Origin: Histomonas meleagridis 2922-C6/04-290x
Taxonomy: Eukaryota; Protista; Parabasalia
DNA length: 64,000 nucleotides
Assembly: GCA_020184695.1 (NCBI GenBank)
Contig: JAANOX010000268.1
Location: forward strand, 124,001 to 188,000
Reading direction: 5' to 3'
Of the stretch, positions 56,239 through 64,000 are shown piece after piece. Under the pieces are notes generated by a model, which ran no database searches, had not been told where the DNA came from, and saw nothing but the letters and a program-made list of their open reading frames with translations. Made by a program: the position numbers and the translations under genes. How positions within the stretch are numbered: the stretch's first letter is position 1; each line of letters opens with the position of its first letter.

Positions 56239-58185
56239 ATGAACAGAAGTACGTTAAACAGATCACTTTTACGAGAGTTTCCAGTGGAAATTATCTCAAA
56301 TTCTCGTATCGGAAAGAAAAAAAATCGTAACATAACCGATATTTTTAATACTTTACAAAAAATGCTGTTCGAAAAAATATCACTAAACGACACATGGAAT
56401 GATTATTCTGTTCAAACAAGTTTAGAAGAGTCAATGAAGTCTGTTGAGCAGATTTTATTAAAATTTGAAAAATCATCATTAATTAAAAAAAGTGATATTT
56501 TTTTTCTAAATAAAGAAAAATACAAAATACGCTATTACCCAATTAACTACAACAAAAACCAGCAAGTGAAGTTTTACAACAATCCATTTATTTCATGTTA
56601 TAATACCATCCGCTATATGTTCCATATAACAACTTCTTTTGTTTTGATAACTGGCGTTAAAAACGAAGATCCAAGTGATTTGTATTCTACTGTATCATCC
56701 ATTATCCAATCAATTGATTTTCTATATCCAATTTTTATTAGAATTCCTCCTAAATTCACAAAAACATTTATAGGAATTCTTCATAACAAAAACACGTACA
56801 TCCATTATAATAGCCATACTCTCTGGGATTTGCCACTTAATTATCATATATCCAAAAACGCACTTAATCTTTTTTCCACTACCTTTTCTACGTCCACACA
56901 TCCAATCATTAGCAAGCGTTATTACTCCACAATATGTGATTTTTCTACCGAACATATTATCAATAAATTTTATTGCATAATTTCCACTGATCCAGTACAC
57001 CAGATCCAAATATTTTCTCATTTTCCTCCACAGTATTCACTTCCATTGAACAGTAACATCACTTTTCTCAAAGCAAATTTTTCTCTTAAATGTTCACATC
57101 GTACACTTCTTCATGCATTTCTTAAACATTTCCAACAAATTTCCAATCAAAATTCATTCCAACGGTGCGCTGACATTGACATTATTAACACCTGCTCAAC
57201 CACAATTTCCAAACTTTTCCAAAACGGAACACAAAAATCGATTCTTTTATTATTCATTATAAAGTGCATCAAACTCAAAAGCGAATTATATTTTTCTGAA
57301 CTCTGGATGCAATTTTGTTGCGAGATGCGAAAGTATTCTGAAAAACATTTAAACATTCCAACGATCGAATCCACGAAACCAAATTTTGGAAAATGTCTTA
57401 TTCAGCAGAAACTTGAAGTTATAAATTATTGTAATAGTAATCAAAAAGAACTTTGTATATCATTTGATGACTTCCAAACACTTATCCAACTATATGAAGC
57501 TTCGAATGATGAAAACACTGGATGTAAAATCAAGCAATATAACAACGAAACATTAAAATATAAAACAGCAAAAGAATTTTCCGAAAGTTTAAACGTTGAC
57601 TTAAAATTATCCGAAAAAATATTTTCTCTCAAAAATTCGAACTTTCAACTCGATGAAGAATTACAACGTGAACTTGCATTGGATTATTTGGAAAGAATGT
57701 CTCCAATCGAAGTGTTCTCTCAATTAATACCTTTGGCATTTGATCATATCATCGAAAAGGTAAAATCGAAAACTTGTTTTAAGTCTAACGTCGCAAAGGA
57801 ATCATTCGACGCGATATTAAAGTTAAAACAAAACACAAACTTCGAATCGATTAATTCTTGTTTGGACTTGTGTAGATGTATCGAAAAGAATGTGCACGCG
57901 ATTGAGGTTGTGAATTCATTCGCGAAAAAGTTTAATGATAACTTCGACGTAATTGATACACTAATGAAGAATAAGGAAATGAGATTGGAGGGAATGAGTA
58001 CGAAAAATGTAATGAAAATGCTGCTGAACGAGGAAGAAATAATTGGAATAAGTGAGGAAAGAAATGATTACATTATAACTGATGAAATTAATGGAGGATC
58101 GTGCTATATGTTCTTGTCGCAGGAATCAAACGATGAATACGAAAGATGTATCGTGGCAACATCTCTCGAAGAAAAGGTAATGTAA
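56239..58185 (+). CDS. Rab3GAP catalytic-subunit-like protein
   Basis: LWMQFCCEMRKY...IP......PNFGKCLIQQKLEVINYC resembles the Rab3GAP1 core. Confidence 0.6.
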   Translation: MNRSTLNRSLLREFPVEIISNSRIGKKKNRNITDIFNTLQKMLFEKISLNDTWNDYSVQTSLEESMKSVEQILLKFEKSSLIKKSDIFFLNKEKYKIRYYPINYNKNQQVKFYNNPFISCYNTIRYMFHITTSFVLITGVKNEDPSDLYSTVSSIIQSIDFLYPIFIRIPPKFTKTFIGILHNKNTYIHYNSHTLWDLPLNYHISKNALNLFSTTFSTSTHPIISKRYYSTICDFSTEHIINKFYCIISTDPVHQIQIFSHFPPQYSLPLNSNITFLKANFSLKCSHRTLLHAFLKHFQQISNQNSFQRCADIDIINTCSTTISKLFQNGTQKSILLLFIIKCIKLKSELYFSELWMQFCCEMRKYSEKHLNIPTIESTKPNFGKCLIQQKLEVINYCNSNQKELCISFDDFQTLIQLYEASNDENTGCKIKQYNNETLKYKTAKEFSESLNVDLKLSEKIFSLKNSNFQLDEELQRELALDYLERMSPIEVFSQLIPLAFDHIIEKVKSKTCFKSNVAKESFDAILKLKQNTNFESINSCLDLCRCIEKNVHAIEVVNSFAKKFNDNFDVIDTLMKNKEMRLEGMSTKNVMKMLLNEEEIIGISEERNDYIITDEINGGSCYMFLSQESNDEYERCIVATSLEEKVM

Positions 58186-58675
58186 GTAAAGATATATGTG
58201 TTTTATATTTTGAAAAATGTTTAATTTCTTTATGGAAATTTAAAAATAAATGATTAATAATAAAGATCGCGATCTAAATGGGTCTAAGCATAAGTGATGG
58301 AATTTAAGAATTAAACAAAAATATCTTAATTAATAAACAATATTTTTAAAAATTTTCAATATATTTATCATGAAAATTGCTATATAATTTTATATTAAAA
58401 TATTATATATGGAATTTAAAGAGAGATTCATAAAATTGGGGAAATCGATTATTTATAAATTCAGCTTTTTCCTTCTTGTTCCAGTATATTTATCTGAACT
58501 TTTTTGCAAATATTAACTTCAATCGTTGAATCATTTCTATTATTTTGAATGTACTCCATGTGTACCCAATAAGCCATGTTCACTTTCCAGTTATTGTAAT
58601 TAAATTACTTCTTTAGTTTACATGTCGCACGTTATAAATTTCAAAATCACTTTTCAAATTCATTCAATTGTTTAC

Positions 58676-60520
58676 TTACTGTTCAGCAATAGCCATCAAT
58701 GATGCGTAAACAGTCATAACCATTTCAGGAACATGTTCAACGATATCTTCTGGGAGTGCGTAAACTGTGCCACCGAACTTACGTACCATTGACAACACGT
58801 ACTTGGCGTTACGTGCCATCATCTCTGGTTCGCCTGAACTGTCGTAGATTGACCAGTCGACTGTCTCTGGCTTGAGGACGTCGATGAGTGTCAAGATTGG
58901 CTTAGAGTCGGAGATTGCGTCGTCCTTGAACGACTTGATTTCGCACTTTCCGGCTGTCTTCTCGTTGGCCCATGCGACGATTTGCTCATCCTTGATCTTA
59001 GCGCCGCCGCCGAGCTTCTTGAATGTCTTCAAGTAGTCGTATCTCATCATTTGCCACATGACGGCTAAGATCAACTTAGTGTTTCCATCATTGATATCTG
59101 CGCCGGAGATGTTGACAACTGATAAGCCGAGTGTCTCCTTGCAGATCTTGACAACGTAGTCGTTGTTCTGCACTGCCTTGAATTTGTTCATCTTTTGTGT
59201 GGCGACTTGCTTCCAGTTGACGCATCCTGGCTCGAGCTTGTCAAGCATTTGGAGCAAGACAAGTCCGTCCTTGACGCCGTCAGCGAGGTTGGAAACGAAC
59301 GGATCAACGCCGCATGAGTTCATCCAGAGGCAGAATTGACGTTCGATACGTGTGCCTTGTGCAGCGAATAATGCTTCATCGAGTTGTGCGAGTTCTGCTT
59401 CGGATAATGGCTCAAGTCCTGGACGTGTGTTGAAGATGTTGGCAACAAATGCAAGGTTAAGCTTTGGATGGCCACGAACAATTTCACGTGGTGTAACGAA
59501 CTTGCGGCATTCGATCTTGTCGGCTTCTTGGAGCATTAATTCGGCACGTTCGGAAAGATCGCTCTCGCGCATTGGGGCCATTGTGCAGCATTCTGGTGCG
59601 ATTTGCTTGAGAACTGTGGTGAGGATTTCGGAGTCGGAGAGATCCTTTGTGAAGTTGGTTGCACGGCGTTGGCTTCCAGCATTTTCAAGGTGATAGTTCA
59701 ACCAACGAAGAAGAATTTCTTCTGGCTTAAGCTTGAGGAGGTCTTCGATTGTTTCTCCTGGCTTAAGAAGACGGAAAAGTTCTGGGTGAACTGTAAGTTG
59801 GATATCCTTGAGAAGTGATTCACGGATAAGTTGCCATGTAAGACCAAGAACAAGATGTGGAACACCTTCGCGGATATCGTGTGGACCAATGTTAACTGTT
59901 GACATACCAATGGACTTGGCGGAATTGATGGCAAGTGTGCAGTTTTCAAGGATCTTGTATTGGTTAAGTTTTGGTGGAAGAGCAATAACTTTGTCATGGA
60001 TTGTGTCTGGAGCAGCAAGGTTAACAAGCTTGCACATAAGGATACCATCTTGAACGGCTGTGAAGAGAGCATCACCTTCTGGATCAATTGGGAGGATGTG
60101 TTGAAGGGCTGGATCTTCACCAAGTTCTTGGTTAAGATAGTTAACAAAACCAGTAACTTCTTCTTGTGGATATGCGTGTTCACCACGGGCACCAGCTGCC
60201 TTGATAAGGTTTTGTTGCTTCTTAAGACCTTCACTAAGTTTGGATGATGCACCACTTTCCTTTTCTTTGATGAAGATTGTAAGGAATTCACCAAAGTCAA
60301 TAAGGCCATCACCATCGATATCTACTTCTTCGATGTACTTCTTAACTTCGTCACGTGTAGCTGGAACTTGGATAGACTTGAAGAGAGCCATGATTTCGGT
60401 GATTCCTAATTTTCCAGAATCATCAGCATCAAGGCTGTTGAAGTGCTGGGAATACATGAGAATTTCATCAGGTGTGAGTTGTGGGTACTTTGGGATATAC
60501 TCGTTTGCGTTAACAGGCAT
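58676..60520 (-). CDS. Fimbrin/plastin (EF-hands + four CH domains)
   Basis: EF-hands DADDSGKLG and DIDGDGLIDFGEF; DGILMCKLVN, LGLTWQLIR, LRWLNYHL. TCACTT initiator precedes ATG 60520. Confidence 0.95.
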   Translation of the reverse strand: MPVNANEYIPKYPQLTPDEILMYSQHFNSLDADDSGKLGITEIMALFKSIQVPATRDEVKKYIEEVDIDGDGLIDFGEFLTIFIKEKESGASSKLSEGLKKQQNLIKAAGARGEHAYPQEEVTGFVNYLNQELGEDPALQHILPIDPEGDALFTAVQDGILMCKLVNLAAPDTIHDKVIALPPKLNQYKILENCTLAINSAKSIGMSTVNIGPHDIREGVPHLVLGLTWQLIRESLLKDIQLTVHPELFRLLKPGETIEDLLKLKPEEILLRWLNYHLENAGSQRRATNFTKDLSDSEILTTVLKQIAPECCTMAPMRESDLSERAELMLQEADKIECRKFVTPREIVRGHPKLNLAFVANIFNTRPGLEPLSEAELAQLDEALFAAQGTRIERQFCLWMNSCGVDPFVSNLADGVKDGLVLLQMLDKLEPGCVNWKQVATQKMNKFKAVQNNDYVVKICKETLGLSVVNISGADINDGNTKLILAVMWQMMRYDYLKTFKKLGGGAKIKDEQIVAWANEKTAGKCEIKSFKDDAISDSKPILTLIDVLKPETVDWSIYDSSGEPEMMARNAKYVLSMVRKFGGTVYALPEDIVEHVPEMVMTVYASLMAIAEQ

Positions 60521-60990
60521 GAAAAGTGAAGTGATTTTGTCCGAGGCAAAATGTCCTAAGTTGGCGGTTTGTGATATGAAAGCAAAATACAAATTTTCTT
60601 TTATAATTTTCATATTATTATGAAATATTATGAAATAATCAATAAATATCAATATAAAATATAAAAATAGAATCTGATAGCTTATATATGTTAATAATGA
60701 GAAAGAATTTATGTTCAAAAGATTATCGCCCGGTTATTAACAAAATGGCACATTTTTCAGTAAAATCATACAAAAATGGTAAAAACCGGGAAAATGACAC
60801 TTTTTAATAATCACAGAATCAATCAACACATAAACTTAAAAATATCTATAAAAATTTTGGTAATGTACAATGTATTTTGTTATCTTTCATTATAAAGATA
60901 CCAAAATTGAGATCGTTGAAGGAAGTAAAAGTGGTTCTCAAACAATTTGATCTTAAATGCCTTTCAATGACTGTTCCTAAATATTACTAT

Positions 60991-61334
60991 TTAACATATG
61001 TTATAACAAATACTTATGAATTGTTCAAGAAGTAATTTAACGATTTCTATATAATCACTTACAGATGCCCACATAGGCGCTGTTTGAGATATTTAAAATA
61101 TATTACAAATATTATTTTTAAATATAAAATTATTAAAATAAAAATTAAATATTATTCATAAATATCTTTAGCATTAATATCAATTCCTTCTTGTTCAAGA
61201 AGTAAATTAAATATATCTATATGACCTTTGTAAGATGCAAACATAAGTGCTGTTGCAAATAATTTAAACAATTTCCAAATTTTATTTTGAAATTTCATAA
61301 TATCAAAATAAATTTTAAATAAAACTATAATTTC
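60991..61334 (-). pseudogene. Orphan two-repeat ankyrin fragment with spacer clusters
   Basis: Decodes to K-E-G-A-TALMFASYKGH...NAKD-N-Y-V-Q-TAPMWAS..., with no N-terminus. Very similar to repeats at 62520-62860. Confidence 0.65.
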
Positions 61335-62016
61335 TTTAAATGTTGTGTTGTGTGGTTGTGAAATTGATCCTTTTTAACAATCTTTAAAGTTGTGTGAATA
61401 CCAATGAAAATAATGCAATATTGTATGCGTTAAACCATAAAAAAAAAATAAAATACTTATCCCAAGGAAGTATCTGATTCTTCACAAAAAACCAATGAAT
61501 TTTGTGGAATGGAAAATAATGGAACACATAAAAAGAAAGAATTTATCACACTACATCATGAGAATATTTATCATCTTGAGCTGTCCTATCACATGTACGA
61601 AGATTTCCATGTTCGAACACATTTAATTTTTATTTTCCATTTTATTTCTTTTTAACATTATAAGAAATAATTTTAATATTAAAAACTCAAGATATTTAAA
61701 TTTTCTTTTATAATATTATTATGTTAGATTATTAAGAAATTATTATGGAAACAATTTAGTAGATGAAGAAGATTTTAAATGAGAAAAAAATTGAAAATAA
61801 GTGAAATTAAGCACAAACCATCGGAAAAAGACAATAAATCGACATTATAACGATTATCATCAATTTAAAATTTTACATCAAATTCAAATACTCGAAATCT
61901 ATCAGAAGAAATTCAGAAATACATAATATTTGGAATAAATAGCTATAGTATATTATTGTATGAAGAAATCTTATGAAAAATGCTGAGTCGGAACTGCTCT
62001 CATATAAATTTTTATT

Positions 62017-63435
62017 TTATCTTTTTATGATTTCGTCGCATTTTTTGTGTTCGATTTTGTCAGCAAATAACCGAATTATGTCTGCGTTTTTGTGTTTGTA
62101 TGCGTAAATAAGCGCTGTTCTTTACGATTTAAATAATTTCCAAATATTATTTTGAAATATCAAATGATTAAAATAAATTTCAAATAAAACAAATAAATAT
62201 CTTTGGCATCAATATCAATTCCTTCTTGATCAAGAAGTAATTTAACTATTTCTGTATAACAATATTTAGATGCAATTATAAGTGCTGCATCAAATAATTC
62301 AAAGAATTCCCAAATATTATTTGAAAATAATAGATGATCGAAATAAATTTTATTTTTAGCATTAATCTCAATTCCTTCTCGTTCAAGAAGTAATTTAACT
62401 ATTTCTATATTACCATTTTTAGATGCAAACATAAGTGCTGTATTAAATAATTTAAATAATTTCCAAGTTTTATTTTGAGGTATCATATCATAAAAATAAA
62501 TTCTAAATATTATAAATAAATATCTTTAGCATTAATCTCAATTCCTTCTCGTTCAAGAAGTATTTTAACTATATCTGTATGACCTTTGTAAGATGCAAAC
62601 ATAAGTGCTGTTGCAAATAATTTCATTAATTTCCAAATTATATATTGAAATAATAAATTATCATAATAAATGTCAAATCAAACAAATAAATATCTTTAGC
62701 ATTAATATCAATTCCTTCTTGCTCAAGAAGTAATTTAACTATATCTGTATGACCTTTGTAAGATGCAAACATAAGTGCTGTTGTAAATAATTTGATTAAT
62801 TTTTAAATTATATATTGAAATAATAAATCATTAAAATATATATCAAATAAAACATATAAATATTTTTAGCATTAATATCAATTCCTTTTTGTTCAAGAAG
62901 TAATTTAACTATATCTGTATGACCTTTGTAAGATGCAAGCATAAGTGTTGTAAATAATTAAAATAATTTCCAAATATTATTTTTATCTTTCAAATTATTT
63001 AAATAAATATGAAAACAAACATATAAATATCTTTAGCATTAATATCAATTCCATTTTTTTCAAGAAGTAACTTCACTATTTCTGTATGACCATTTATAGA
63101 TGCAAAAATAAGTGCTGTTCGAAAATATTTGAGAAATTTCCAGATATTATTTTGAAATTTTATATGATTAAAACAACGATGAAATTAAACATATTAATAT
63201 TTTTAGCATTAACATCAATTCCTTCTTGTTCAAGAAGTACTTTTATTAATTCTATATGACCTTTACGTGTTGCCCAATGAAGCGCTGTTTCAATCATTGA
63301 TGATGAACACCAAAAAAAATTATCAAACATCAAATAGTCATAAGAAACATATTTCTCATTAATTTTAAAGATATTTTTTTCGATTTGCCACTTGATAAAT
63401 AATGAAAATTCTTTATAGTATTGCTTTTGACTCAT
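62017..63435 (-). CDS. Ankyrin-repeat protein interrupted by thirty 17-nt spacers
   Basis: Decoded: EKYDGETALHWA, KNHKGRTAL, KDHEGTTL, KNDIKTTAL, KDDIGATAL, KDRDGNTAL, KNKIGDAAL, KDEDGRTALIYAY... TAA 62019-62017, no internal stop. Start at 63435 (Inr-like TCAC upstream) or 63471. Confidence 0.85.
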
Positions 63436-64000
63436 TTTTGTGAAGTACTTTAGAACACAAACAACTGGCATTTTTTAATGCTACTTTTTACTTCAAAAAG
63501 TTAAAACTGTAGGCACATATGGTGACTCTTTAAATTCTTTCTCATTTTTTTTTAAAACACATGTGTTTGTTCATAAACATGATCACGCTCTGGAATCATA
63601 AACATCGAAGAGTGCAACTAAAACGGTCTCCAGGAAATTTTGCTTGTATGAATAAATATCATTAACTGTTTATTTTCGAAGTTGAAATGGGTACATCCTT
63701 CTTAAATTATAATTTTTTATTGTTTCTTGAAATATTTTGATTTTTGGTGAAATATCGTAGATATTGATTTAATAATGAAATTCTATGGAACAATTTTTAT
63801 GAAAATTTTAATTTCATACATGATTTTCAAAGAAAATTAATTTAATATTTGGTCGTTCATGAGTTTTATTCGTTTGTATATCAATTGACTCATTTTTTCA
63901 AATTTTAATATTATATTTAACATTTCATATCTGATTGATTTCCAATGTTTGAGCTCATGATTGATCTTATTTTTCGAGTTAAATATGTTTGAAATCGAAA

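Noticed and set aside
59352-60623. Long antisense and alternate-frame ORFs inside fimbrin, and similar ones in DnaJ and other genes
   Set aside because: These are shadow ORFs expected from biased, GC-richer codon usage and have no protein-like motifs.

Overview
AT-rich, gene-dense eukaryotic DNA that looks like a parabasalid (Tritrichomonas/Trichomonas-like): almost intron-free compact genes, TCA(T/C)T initiator and M3/M5-like promoter motifs, DUF3447-type ankyrin, R2R3-Myb and BspA-like genes. About 35 genes are present, including CK2-beta, a PMT-family glycosyltransferase, UDP-sugar dehydrogenase, RPS23, CNOT11-like, V-ATPase E, a large USP, DnaJ, SET, CEP76-like, RasGEF, Rab3GAP1-like and fimbrin. 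The main discovery is in the ankyrin-repeat genes (5055-6874 +, 7529-9188 -, 17687-19541 -, 44945-48197 +, 62017-63435 -, plus fragments). They look broken in the ORF track but become clean ankyrin arrays once ~125 spacers of exactly 17 nt are removed. The spacers sit only in the beta-hairpin of the repeats and separate single codons (3-nt micro-exons, 20-nt period), e.g. GAT[17]AAA[17]GAT[17]GGA[17]AAA ACA = D-K-D-G-K-T. They start GT or AT (AA in the fourth slot), usually have A at position 14, usually end TTT and lack a 3' AG. This suggests an apparently undescribed ultra-short non-canonical intron or sequence-skipping system. Whether removal occurs at the RNA, DNA or ribosome level cannot be determined from DNA alone.
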